Part shown: one piece after another, positions 46,525 to 56,263 of the stretch | Position numbering within the stretch: the first letter of the stretch is position 1 | Layout: each line of letters opens with the position of its first letter | DNA from: Candidatus Hermodarchaeota archaeon | GTDB lineage: Archaea; Asgardarchaeota; Lokiarchaeia; Sigyniarchaeales; SOKP01 | Direction of reading: 5' to 3' | Assembly: GCA_048885535.1 (NCBI GenBank) | Contig: JBHLLO010000001.1 | Span: 3,721-67,720, forward strand | DNA length: 64,000 nt | Notes under the pieces: model-generated | What the model saw: only the letters and a program-made list of their open reading frames with translations | Databases searched by the model: none | What the model was told of the DNA's origin: nothing | Translations under genes and position numbers: made by a program

Positions 46525-48396
46525 TTGAGTGATAGTAAAAAAGAAGAAGCCATACCAAAAAGAACCCTTAGCTTATCTAAAGGAATTATTTATGGTGTTG
46601 GTTGTGGAATAGGAGGATCAATATTCGTTCTTCTAGGTATAGGAATTGATACTGCCGGTCCTGGAATTTTAATAAGTATAATTTTAGCTGGGATTCTTAT
46701 CTTTTTTACTGGTCTTAATTATGCAGAGTTATCTACCAGTTTACCTATAGCAGGTGGTGCTTATAATTTTACAAAAGAAGGATTAGGAGGTTTTCTTGCA
46801 TTTATAATTGGCTTTTTTTTATGGATAGCTAATACTGCAGCCTGCTCTTTTTCTGCCCAAACATTTGCTTTTGTAATTAACGAAGTACTAAAGGCTAATA
46901 ATATTGTAATGTCCACTCCTATCATAATCATTATAGGCATTTTACCAGTATTGTTAACAAGCTTAGTAATATTCAGGACTCAGAAAATTGCTGCTAGAGT
47001 TCTATTAATTTTTACGTTTATTCTTATAGGGATGTTTGGCTTTTTTATAATCTCAGCATTAATACTGCCATTATTTCAAATATCAGACGGATACTCAAAT
47101 TTTATATTTTCAGGTACTAGCATTTTTGGAATAATTTCAGCATTCTCTCTATTATTTATTTTATATACATCAATTACATCCAATTTAGCATATTTAAACG
47201 CAGACCTAAAGAATCCATCAAAAAATATTCCAAAAACAAACATATATGCCATAATAATAACTATTGGTATATATCTATCAATAACATTGGCAGTTCTACT
47301 TAATCTAGAATCTGGATCTACTGATTTAAGAGGAACACCCGTCTTATTAGCCGAAATTTTAGAAAGTATAATGGGCCCATTTGGATTTTATTTTATGGCT
47401 GCTGCAGCTTTACTATCTACACTTATAGCAATAAACGCTGCATTAGGGTCAGCAGTAAGCGTTATAGCTGCTTTAGCAAGAGATAGATATATTCCTAAAA
47501 AAATAAAAGCAATTAAAAAAAGACCTGATATGCCTGCTTTAGCTTTAATGATTACTGCTTTTCTAGCAATGGTTTTTACAATATTTGCAGGAATAGGTTT
47601 AACAGCAGAAACTACAAACCTTATCTATTTCATCGCTTTAGCTTCTATTAATTATGCTGCTTTCAAACTAAGACGAAAAAGGAAAGAATTAGATCGCCCC
47701 TTTAAGGCCCCTTTCTTTCCATACCTTCAAATTCTACTATTTATTTGTTTTCTTACTTTTGCTGTCATATTTGGAATTGTTTTTTCAATTGGAGCTCTTA
47801 TATTAGGTATAATTATTTCTATAATAGGTGTGACATATTACTTGTTAACAATTGCAGACAAACCATCAATTTCTTTAACCGTGGCTGGAATTAAGTTTAT
47901 TATTGTACTCGGAGTTGGTTTTGTAATATGGATGGTAAACAATTTTTCTATTATAAATTCATTTACTGTCTTAATAAACCGAATTTTAATAGTAATATCC
48001 ATCTTTACGATTATAACTGTAATTTTCGATCTTTTTCCTCTTCGTGAGGTAATTTATTACTTTATTAAAAAAGTGGATAAGAAAAAGGTTGCGATAAGAT
48101 TTGGGGATGCCCAAATAATAGAATTAGGAAAAAGGAGGCTAAAAGTTATACATATAATAAATATAGTAATTATTTTCTTTCAATTTGTATCTGTAGTTTT
48201 AATTTTTTCTATTGTTTATCTATTGATAAATAATATATTGATTATTGAAGACATAAATCTAGGAACTATGGTGATCTCTCAAGAAGCAGGAAGTTTTTTC
48301 TTTGTTTCGATTTTGATTTTTTTTGGTATTATTCTATTTTTCAGTGGTGCTATATTATGGTATAGAGATAGAGAACTGAAGGGACTTGGAATTTAA
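46525..48396 (+). CDS. APC-superfamily amino acid/polyamine permease with extra C-terminal TM region
   Basis: 623 aa, TTG start. LSKGIIYGVGCGIGGSIFVLLG and NYAELSTSLPIAGGAYNF are typical of APC transporters. About 150 extra hydrophobic residues lie at the C-terminus. Confidence 0.7.
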   Translation: MSDSKKEEAIPKRTLSLSKGIIYGVGCGIGGSIFVLLGIGIDTAGPGILISIILAGILIFFTGLNYAELSTSLPIAGGAYNFTKEGLGGFLAFIIGFFLWIANTAACSFSAQTFAFVINEVLKANNIVMSTPIIIIIGILPVLLTSLVIFRTQKIAARVLLIFTFILIGMFGFFIISALILPLFQISDGYSNFIFSGTSIFGIISAFSLLFILYTSITSNLAYLNADLKNPSKNIPKTNIYAIIITIGIYLSITLAVLLNLESGSTDLRGTPVLLAEILESIMGPFGFYFMAAAALLSTLIAINAALGSAVSVIAALARDRYIPKKIKAIKKRPDMPALALMITAFLAMVFTIFAGIGLTAETTNLIYFIALASINYAAFKLRRKRKELDRPFKAPFFPYLQILLFICFLTFAVIFGIVFSIGALILGIIISIIGVTYYLLTIADKPSISLTVAGIKFIIVLGVGFVIWMVNNFSIINSFTVLINRILIVISIFTIITVIFDLFPLREVIYYFIKKVDKKKVAIRFGDAQIIELGKRRLKVIHIINIVIIFFQFVSVVLIFSIVYLLINNILIIEDINLGTMVISQEAGSFFFVSILIFFGIILFFSGAILWYRDRELKGLGI

Positions 48397-48404
48397 ATTA
48401 AATT

Positions 48405-49136
48405 TTGCCTGAAAAAATGGTAATTCCCAAAATTAATTTGCATGTTCATTCCACTTACTCCGATGGAAGAAATACTATTGAACAAATAGTTAAGAAAGCA
48501 ATAGATTATGAATTAAAATATATAGCTATAACAGATCATTTCACAAATTCATGGAAAGCAAAGATAATTCCCAATTTAGATTCTAAAGTTAAGATTGACA
48601 ACTATTTAGAAGATATCTCAGAACAGCAACACTATCTAAAGCAAAAAAATACTAACTTAAGATTATTGAAAGGTATAGAAATTGATATTAGTAGTTCAGA
48701 GAATTATATTCTAAACCTAATTGATCCTTATAAATTTGATATTCTGCTTTTTGAATATCTTGAAAACCCTGAAGGAATCGCATTCATAAAGAATGTAATT
48801 CTAAATTGGAATAAACTTTATAAATCTGAGAAAAAATTTCCTATCCTGGGTTTAGCTCATTTCGATCCATCGTTTTTTATATATGGCTCTCTGAATATCT
48901 TGATAAGTTTTTTAAAAGAATTTAATATCTATTTTGAATTTAATTCTAGCTATCCTCAATATTATTCTGTCAAATTCCGAGACTTTTTCGTTGAATTAGG
49001 TCGAAATAACATTATGGTAGCTATCGGATGTGATTCTCATAATTTAGTTAATCTAAATAATATCAAAGAACTTGTCAGTACAATAAGAAATTATGGACTT
49101 ATAAACAACTTATTTTCTCTAATTAATAAGCTTTAA
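48405..49136 (+). CDS. PHP-domain phosphoesterase (histidinol-phosphatase-like)
   Basis: 243 aa. TTG at 48405 or ATG at 48417. INLHVHSTYSDGRNTIEQIV, YIAITDH, GCDSH. Confidence 0.7.
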   Translation: MPEKMVIPKINLHVHSTYSDGRNTIEQIVKKAIDYELKYIAITDHFTNSWKAKIIPNLDSKVKIDNYLEDISEQQHYLKQKNTNLRLLKGIEIDISSSENYILNLIDPYKFDILLFEYLENPEGIAFIKNVILNWNKLYKSEKKFPILGLAHFDPSFFIYGSLNILISFLKEFNIYFEFNSSYPQYYSVKFRDFFVELGRNNIMVAIGCDSHNLVNLNNIKELVSTIRNYGLINNLFSLINKL

Positions 49137-49168
49137 ATTAAAGGGATTGAACTATAGAATAAAAAAGG

Positions 49169-49513
49169 TTATCTTCGGATTCTATTTACATAATTCATAT
49201 AATACCTAAAAGCTTTTTCAAATATAATATCAAGTAATTGTTCATTTTGATCTACTGGCTCGGTTATTATAGCCTTTAACTTTCCTTTTGCTATATCAAA
49301 AATCTCTTTAGCAGCAATAAGATTTTCATTTAGAGGTAAATCCATTATCTCTGAAATAGTTTTCTTATTCTTAATCTGCCATTGATTTAGTGCACGCCAA
49401 ATCATTCCTCTCATGGCTAAAAGAGGAACATTCATCAGTTCGCATAAACCATTAGAAATGTCTCGAATGACTTTTAATTGAATAGGATCAACTTTTAGTT
49501 TAATATATTCCAT
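49169..49513 (-). CDS. Hypothetical protein
   Basis: 114-aa ORF with non-repetitive helical-looking composition. No recognisable motif. Confidence 0.4.
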   Translation of the reverse strand: MEYIKLKVDPIQLKVIRDISNGLCELMNVPLLAMRGMIWRALNQWQIKNKKTISEIMDLPLNENLIAAKEIFDIAKGKLKAIITEPVDQNEQLLDIIFEKAFRYYMNYVNRIRR

Positions 49514-49739
49514 TTCAGTATTTCTAAGAGCTGTATCATCAAAATTGACTAAAAAAGTAATACAAACCTCAACCCACTTGTTTTATTATTACTTCGCTAA
49601 AATAATATTTAAAAATTTAGGAATTTTTAAAACTAATTAGATATTAATTTTCAATCTATTTAAAATACTCTAGTTTAGTCAAAAGAATTAAAAAAAAAAT
49701 AAAAATATCTTTTTATTAATTCATCCTTAATTTATATAT

Positions 49740-50498
49740 ATGGATTTAGATGAAAGGATTGATTTAGCAGCGAAATGGATTGCTGAATCAAAGCGATTGG
49801 TTGTATTTACTGGAGCGGGAATATCAACTGATTCTGGATTACCTGATTATCGTGGTCCTGATGGTGTATGGACAAGGCGAGATAAAGGGTTGCCTCCACC
49901 TAAGTCCCCACCTTGGGACCAAGTTAAACCAAATCCCAATCATTATGCGATAGTAGAATTATTAGAATTGGGAAAGCTAGATTTTCTTATATCCCAAAAT
50001 GTAGATGGATTACATGCAAAATCTGGAATCCCTTTTGACAAACTAGCAGAATTACATGGCAATAGGTATTTTATGAAGTGTTTAGATTGCAATAAAAAAA
50101 TGACATTTGAAGATGCAGGATGGGATAAGGCTATATGGGGACCTGGATATCGGACTGATAGAGTTCGTAGAAACCAACCAACATGCCCCCACTGTAGTGG
50201 CAGAATAATTTCAAGTATAGTTAATTTTGGAGATCAGTTGCCTTATGACGAATTAGAAGAATCTAAAAAGCGTTCTGAAGATGCAGATGTATTTTTTGTA
50301 ATTGGTTCGTCTTTAGTAGTTACACCCGCAGCTAATATGCCTGGTTATGCCAAAAATAATGGCGCAAAGTTGATTATTCTAAATAAAGGTGATACTCCTT
50401 ATGATTATATAGCCGATATAAGATTTGATAATTTAATTGAAGAAGTTTTACCTCCAATAATAGAAAAAGTGAGAGAAATTATAAAAAGGAGTATGTAA
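49740..50498 (+). CDS. Sir2-family NAD-dependent protein deacylase
   Basis: 252 aa. FTGAGISTDSGLPDYRGPDG, SQNVDGLH, HGN, zinc motif CLDC...CPHC, VIGSSLVVTPA. Confidence 0.9.
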   Translation: MDLDERIDLAAKWIAESKRLVVFTGAGISTDSGLPDYRGPDGVWTRRDKGLPPPKSPPWDQVKPNPNHYAIVELLELGKLDFLISQNVDGLHAKSGIPFDKLAELHGNRYFMKCLDCNKKMTFEDAGWDKAIWGPGYRTDRVRRNQPTCPHCSGRIISSIVNFGDQLPYDELEESKKRSEDADVFFVIGSSLVVTPAANMPGYAKNNGAKLIILNKGDTPYDYIADIRFDNLIEEVLPPIIEKVREIIKRSM

Positions 50499-50523
50499 TT
50501 TCTTAGGAACCTTTTTAAAAATA

Positions 50524-52191
50524 CTATTGCTTTAATTTCCCATATATATTTTTCTTTGCATTATATTCTTTTAGAACTTTTTTTCCTTCTTTATTGGTTA
50601 AGGATAATGAAATTTCACTATTACGGCTTAATGAACCCGTAAAAATTTGTTGATTATTAGCATAAACTATTATATTACTGCTTGCATATTCTTGATCTGC
50701 TCTTAATACTAATCTATTTCTTAGGATTTCTATGTCTAAGTCTATTTTGTCTTCAATTGTCTTTTTTCCTACAGTAAATTCCTCTAATCGCCTATATTTC
50801 TTAGATTTTATTGGGCTAATTGGATTTATAACTATATCTTGTCCAAAAGAATAAATTTCATATTCTAATTGTTTAGTCTTATAATCTCTTACTTCCACAA
50901 CAGGTCGAGCGAGATCCTTATCTCTAAAACCGTGTGGTACTTTTACGGTCATCTTTATGGCTAAAACCCTGGAGATATCTCCATCTTCAATAAATATTAT
51001 AGTATCTATTATTGAGGGAAGCATACCGAGCTCGATTCTACCAATAAACCTTTGAAGACCATCAATTGCAGAGGATGAGTGAACTACCCCAACCATTCCT
51101 ACTCCAGATAATCGAAAGTCGGCATAGACTTGAAAATCGTTGGTAGTTCTTACTTCATCAAATATAGTAAAATCAGGTCTTACTAAAAGGAGTATATCTG
51201 CTGAATTTTCAAGACTTCCTTCTAGCTTAGTGTATTGTGTAATTTCTGGGTCAACTTGCAAATCTCTTACACTCTCAAGTGTTTTTACTACTTTATTTTG
51301 CTGTAAATAGAAGTTTGCTAACGCTGCTGAAAAAGTACTCTTACCAGCACCGGGTGGTCCCGCAACTAAGATTCCCTCTGCTTTCTCCAAGCGACTACGC
51401 AATCTAGAGTCAATAGAATAATCTGACAATTTTAAATTAACAAGTGGACGTACAGCAGTTATTTCTAGATCATTTGAAAAAGGAGGGCGAGTAATTACAA
51501 TTCTAAATTCTCTTAATTGAGCTACAAGAGCACCAAACTTTTCAATTTCAATGAAAGAATGAGTATCCTCTCGAGTAAATTCTACAATCTCCATAGCTAT
51601 CTCTTCAAGCTGGTTTTTAGATATTGATTCCTCCATTACTTTCTCTAAATACCAGTTACCTGGACTGCCCTTCTTGGCATATGGTGGTAATTCTTGCTTC
51701 AAATGGATACTCATCGTATTTTTATCAAAAAATTTAATTAATGTAAGCGAGGAAGAATCAATTTTTTTTGGTGGTATTTTTTCTTTTACAGGTATTACTT
51801 CAATTCCTTCGAAAATTCCTACATCTCCCTGTATTTTATCTGAAGTGATTAAAACAGCTTTATTTTCACGAGCAGTTTCCCTAATTAAGGCATCTAATTC
51901 TCCTCCTGGAGCCATCTTAATTTCCTCACGAGTTGGCCTTTTTCCAATTATATGTAATTTAATTTTATTCTTATTATGATATTCTCTGAGTTTTTTTAAA
52001 ACATTTAAACCCAAAAAGCCAATTTCCTTTTGGATGTTTGTTCTATACTCTACTTCAGCCACAACAATATTCGGAATAAAAATTTCTGGATATTCACCTA
52101 ATTCTTCATCTTCAATCAAATCTAAAATAAGCCCGTTAAAAATAACTGAAGTATCACACACAAATTTATCTGGCATATTCTTCTTCATCAA
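50524..52191 (-). CDS. PIN-domain plus PilT-like P-loop ATPase (archaeal PINc-ATPase family)
   Basis: 555 aa. N-terminal PIN pattern FVCDTSVIFNG...LITSD, Walker A VAGPPGAGKST, Walker B-like TIFDEVR. The start may be the ATG at 52174-52176 (MPDKF). Confidence 0.7.
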   Translation of the reverse strand: MMKKNMPDKFVCDTSVIFNGLILDLIEDEELGEYPEIFIPNIVVAEVEYRTNIQKEIGFLGLNVLKKLREYHNKNKIKLHIIGKRPTREEIKMAPGGELDALIRETARENKAVLITSDKIQGDVGIFEGIEVIPVKEKIPPKKIDSSSLTLIKFFDKNTMSIHLKQELPPYAKKGSPGNWYLEKVMEESISKNQLEEIAMEIVEFTREDTHSFIEIEKFGALVAQLREFRIVITRPPFSNDLEITAVRPLVNLKLSDYSIDSRLRSRLEKAEGILVAGPPGAGKSTFSAALANFYLQQNKVVKTLESVRDLQVDPEITQYTKLEGSLENSADILLLVRPDFTIFDEVRTTNDFQVYADFRLSGVGMVGVVHSSSAIDGLQRFIGRIELGMLPSIIDTIIFIEDGDISRVLAIKMTVKVPHGFRDKDLARPVVEVRDYKTKQLEYEIYSFGQDIVINPISPIKSKKYRRLEEFTVGKKTIEDKIDLDIEILRNRLVLRADQEYASSNIIVYANNQQIFTGSLSRNSEISLSLTNKEGKKVLKEYNAKKNIYGKLKQ

Positions 52192-52783
52192 TATCTATTT
52201 TAGTTATTATTTCAAACTTATTTACACTATAATAAATTGGCTTACTTAACCGGTCTACAGTGGCAACTATTAATGCCTTTCGAGAGCTCATTGCCACGCG
52301 AGACATTTTATCTAAGTCTTTTAATTCGATCGGATATCCTTCAAATACGGGATATATTAAATATTTTGCTGCATCTGTGTTGATATCTGCTCCCCTTTTA
52401 TAAACTCGAAAATCAATTCCATCACCATATCCAGCTCTAACAATATAACCCCGTTTGCGCAAATCCATATAAATGATATACTTTTGCCACAATCTAGGGT
52501 CATACTGTGTGAATTCTATTAATAAATCTTCAAAACTATACATTTGGTTAGTTTTGTTATTGTCTTTCCATAACAATAACCTGTTTCGTTCACATAAAAG
52601 CAATACTTCAATAGGTTCTAAAATTAGTGATTGTTCACCAGTATCTTTCTCTTCTAAAGTTCCAATATAGGAATTATTATAAAATTCATCTATTGCTTTT
52701 TCATCAAAAATATATACTTTATCTTCCTTGATAATTGCTTCAAACTGAGCTTTCTCTACCTTTTCATCAGCTTTTTCTGTCAT
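52166..52783 (-). CDS. endA: tRNA-intron (splicing) endonuclease family protein, catalytic His apparently absent
   Basis: 205 aa. YMDLRKRGYIVRAGYGDGIDFRVYKRG and SRVAMSSRKALIVATVD match the EndA C-terminal catalytic domain. Tyr128 and Lys169 are present, but the position expected for His reads Ala (DAAKYLIY). Confidence 0.75.
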   Translation of the reverse strand: MTEKADEKVEKAQFEAIIKEDKVYIFDEKAIDEFYNNSYIGTLEEKDTGEQSLILEPIEVLLLCERNRLLLWKDNNKTNQMYSFEDLLIEFTQYDPRLWQKYIIYMDLRKRGYIVRAGYGDGIDFRVYKRGADINTDAAKYLIYPVFEGYPIELKDLDKMSRVAMSSRKALIVATVDRLSKPIYYSVNKFEIITKIDIDEEEYAR

Positions 52784-52927
52784 TTTCCTATTTATTATAG
52801 AGTTTTATATTTAATGAACTTAATCATAATAAGGAGATAATAATTATCATAAATTACATAAAATAAACTGTATTTTTATCTCTATCATCAGTTGATCTAT
52901 TATAGAATAAATAATTAAGAAAAAATT

Positions 52928-53812
52928 CTATTTATTTGATCTAGATATTATAAAATCTATGAATTTACCGACATCTTTGACATTTTCATAGACTTTTGGA
53001 GCCTTTTCTTCTAAATAACCTTTAAAAACATCCCAATTTTCCTTCTTACCTATAGGCGCTTCTGTTAATAACTTTTTAGCTTCAAAAATGTCATAACTGA
53101 AGATTAGAGCATTATCGACTCTATTAGCATCGCTACTTAATAAAAAGATGTAAAACTCATTTAAATCCCAAGGATTTAATACATGAGCAGGTTTATTTCC
53201 ATCCCCCGCTTTCTTACCTCTTAATGCACGTGTATCTACCTGTGTTGGTAACACCATATTAAAAGTTATATTCTCTCGCTTATATTCTAAAGCCATAGCT
53301 TTTTGCATTCCTACAATAGCATATTTACTTGCAGCATATGCAGTAAATTTTGGTGGAGCGTTCGGATATGCTTCACTTCCAGTTATTATGAATCTTGCTT
53401 TATTATTTTTATCTTCTTTATACATATAAGGATATGCTGCTTTAAACGTGAAAAATACCCCTAATACGTTAGTATTTAAAATTTGAGAGAACTTTTCATT
53501 ATCAAATTCATGAGTAGCCCACATTCGAGAATAACCCGCATTAGCAACAACGCCATTTAACGGACCAAGTTCTTCAAAAAAGGTTTTAAATGTAACTTCA
53601 ACTTCATCATACTTGCTGATATCTGCTGTTTTGACAACTACTTTCACATTAATCCCAAGAGAAATTATTTCTTGTTTAGTGTTGTTTAATTCTTCTAATG
53701 TACGAGACATTAAACCAATATTTGCGCCCTCCTTAGCGCAAGCTATAGCAACAGCTTTACCTATGCCTCTCCCGGAGCCAGTTATCACAATATTTTTACC
53801 TTTTAATAACAT
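52928..53812 (-). CDS. Short-chain dehydrogenase/reductase (SDR)
   Basis: 294 aa. ITGSGRGIGKA cofactor motif, NAG, YAASK catalytic motif. Confidence 0.85.
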   Translation of the reverse strand: MLLKGKNIVITGSGRGIGKAVAIACAKEGANIGLMSRTLEELNNTKQEIISLGINVKVVVKTADISKYDEVEVTFKTFFEELGPLNGVVANAGYSRMWATHEFDNEKFSQILNTNVLGVFFTFKAAYPYMYKEDKNNKARFIITGSEAYPNAPPKFTAYAASKYAIVGMQKAMALEYKRENITFNMVLPTQVDTRALRGKKAGDGNKPAHVLNPWDLNEFYIFLLSSDANRVDNALIFSYDIFEAKKLLTEAPIGKKENWDVFKGYLEEKAPKVYENVKDVGKFIDFIISRSNK

Positions 53813-53897
53813 AATTGAATCAAAAATTATTGAAATAAAAGATTTACTTTAATTGATAATAAATAATTAATACATCTTCTACTTTTTTTCCTTAATA

Positions 53898-54491
53898 ATG
53901 AATGAGTCGTTTGAAAAGTTTAAGGATTATTTTAAGGATTCATCCAAAGTGGTATTTATGGGTATTGGGGAAGAAAAATTAAGAGATGATGGAGTGGGTC
54001 CTTATATTATTGGTGAACTCTTAAAACATTATAATATGAGAAATCCCTTAAACGACATGTTTTTATTTATAAATGCTGGAACTGACCCCATGTCAAGAGT
54101 GGACGAAATAGTTAAATTCAACCCTTCGCATCTAATCATCGTTGATACCTGTACATTAAATAAACCCCCTGGAACAGTTGCAATTCTAGAACGTGAAAAT
54201 ATAGGTGAATATGTGCCAATTTCCTCTCATACAGTCCCTATACATATTGTTATTGATTTTCTTCTAAACAGGATTCCACAGTTAGAAGTATTTATGATTG
54301 GATTTGTTCCAGAAAGTCTCGAAGGCTTTGAAGATTTAGAATTCTATAAGGGAGATAGAATTAATTTTGAAGAGTTAGATAAGAATATCGATTTACCCTT
54401 TTTTAAAATTAATTTGACTAGCAAAATAGAAAAAGCAGCACTAAAAGTTATAGAATTCATAAAAAATGTAATTGAAGAATTGAGAAAATGA
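53898..54491 (+). CDS. Hydrogenase maturation endopeptidase-like (HycI/HybD family)
   Basis: 197 aa. VVFMGIGEEKLRDDGVGPYI, LIIVDTCTLNKPPGTV, SSHTVP. These are the three conserved blocks of the family in the correct order. Confidence 0.6.
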   Translation: MNESFEKFKDYFKDSSKVVFMGIGEEKLRDDGVGPYIIGELLKHYNMRNPLNDMFLFINAGTDPMSRVDEIVKFNPSHLIIVDTCTLNKPPGTVAILERENIGEYVPISSHTVPIHIVIDFLLNRIPQLEVFMIGFVPESLEGFEDLEFYKGDRINFEELDKNIDLPFFKINLTSKIEKAALKVIEFIKNVIEELRK

Positions 54492-54505
54492 ATACCCTTT
54501 CTTTT

Positions 54506-55726
54506 TTAGAATATCCAAATTAAGAGTAAAATTATGGATATAAGTCCTACCAAAAAGGTAATACATCCCCAGGAGGTTAAAGCATTTTTAATATAATTTA
54601 TTCTAAAGTCAACAGCCTCGTAAGGACATAACTCTACACAGCAATAGCACATTATACATTTCTCTTTAATCCATCTAGGTACATTTCCTTTCTTTAATTC
54701 TTCTGGTGGAATGATTGCCTTTCCAGGGCAATTACTCCAACAAGTTGAGCATAGTTTACAGTTTTCTTGTTTAAACCTAACTCTAGCTTTAAATATAGTT
54801 CTACCAACATAATCTGCAAGCCATCTGGGTAATGGCATTGAAATTGGTCGCTTAGTGGGACGTTTAAAATCTCTTCTTATAGTCTGAATATCTTCACCTA
54901 ATAATTCAGTCTTTGTTAAATTTGTTGTTCCTAAACCTTTCTGCTCTGCTTTGGTTAAATAGAAAACATCCTTGGGATCAAAACCAATTATTTTACATAC
55001 AGTTGTATCTAAAGCAACACCATCAAAACCAGCTAAAATCAAATCTAATTTCACGACATCTCCTTGGGAGGGTCCTTTACCTTCCTGACATAAATATCCA
55101 TCTATAACTGTTAATTGCGGATTCGAAACAGAATAAATATCTGCCAATGCTGAACTAAATCTATCTAATGTTGGAAATTGAGCATGGGTTTTAGCTTTAT
55201 TCCCTAGTAACATAGTGCCAAACATATTTTTAATACAGCAAGTAAGAAGACACTGCCAATGTGTCTTTATTTTTGGAATATTAATAATTAAATCTGCTTT
55301 TTTAATCAAATCTGAGCTTACAAATTCTTTTAATTCTAAAGGATTATTAACTTAATAATGTTCTCTCTCCGTTTTTTCAAAATGTATACATTCTACTCCC
55401 TCTTCTTGACAAACAGAGAGAATCCCGCTTTCTTTCATCGCTAATTCAGTAATTCCTGGTTTTTGGCCCCCTGCTGAATCACATACATATACTTCTAAAG
55501 GATTAAACGATTTTACCCACTGAATTACTGATCTTACTACTTCTGGATGAGTATTTACAGCTCTTTCCGTTGGCTTTCCTATAAGCAAGTTTGGTTTTAT
55601 TAAAATAACCATGTCCTTTTTTATCATTAATTCCTGAGCATTTATTAGTTTAAGGGCGTTAAAAACAGCAGTTTTTATATCATCATTGCTTATCTTCTGA
55701 ATAGCAATTTTAGTCCTACTAATCAT
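54506..55726 (-). pseudogene. DUF362 plus 2x[4Fe-4S] ferredoxin-domain gene interrupted by a single in-frame TAA (split gene or pseudogene)
   Basis: ORFs 55352..55726 (DUF362 N-terminal part, VILIKPNLL...HPEVV) and 54506..55309 (ADLIINIPKIKTH..., CKLCSTCWSNCP, CIMCYCCVELCP) are in the same frame (offset 846 = 3x282). They are separated only by TAA at 55352-55354 plus 14 sense codons (VNNPLELKEFVSSD). The second ORF has only a TTG start. Confidence 0.6.
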
Positions 55727-55857
55727 TTTTGTAACCCAATCCTACATAATAAATGAGCCTTTTATTAAATTTATGGACTGATATTTTAATTTTGAAAATA
55801 TTTCAATCGGATAATTTTAAAAAAAGAAAAAGTAAAAAATAAAAAAAGAAAATTTAT

Positions 55858-56112
55858 TTAAATGCCACCTGCTTGTGTAGCCATGACGGTTATAACATCC
55901 TTTTTTGGATGAATCCCTACTTTTGCGAATTTAAGATCATCTGGAAGTACTTTTCCTTTAAAAATGAACTGAATTGCTAAGATTGGGTTTAACTTATATT
56001 CTCTCTGAACTGTCTTTTTGATATCTGCGATAGACTGATTTGGATCAACTTCAATTAATTTTATAGCTTGATCTGGTGGCACCCCAGTAAGTCTAAATCT
56101 ATATTGAGTCAT
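55858..56112 (-). CDS. Ubiquitin-like beta-grasp protein with C-terminal GG followed by one residue (precursor-like)
   Basis: 84 aa. IEVDPNQSIADIKKTVQREYKLNPILAIQFIFKGKVLPDDLKFAKVGI...VITVMATQAGGI aligns by eye with ubiquitin ([47 protein letters not shown]...LHLVLRLRGG). Confidence 0.7.
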   Translation of the reverse strand: MTQYRFRLTGVPPDQAIKLIEVDPNQSIADIKKTVQREYKLNPILAIQFIFKGKVLPDDLKFAKVGIHPKKDVITVMATQAGGI

Positions 56113-56263
56113 TTTTTTTAACCTACTCTTTACTTTATATATATATTTATTAAATTGTAGATTAACTATAATAAAAGGTCAGCGGTATTGTTAACTTAAC
56201 TTTAGTCCATTTTTAATCTTTTTAACAGACAAAAATCAAATTTGTTTATTTAAGTAATCTTAT

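Noticed and set aside
51674-51979. 101-aa plus-strand ORF (and 52034..52249, 52473..52670)
   Set aside because: They are antisense to the PIN-ATPase and EndA genes and have no motifs.
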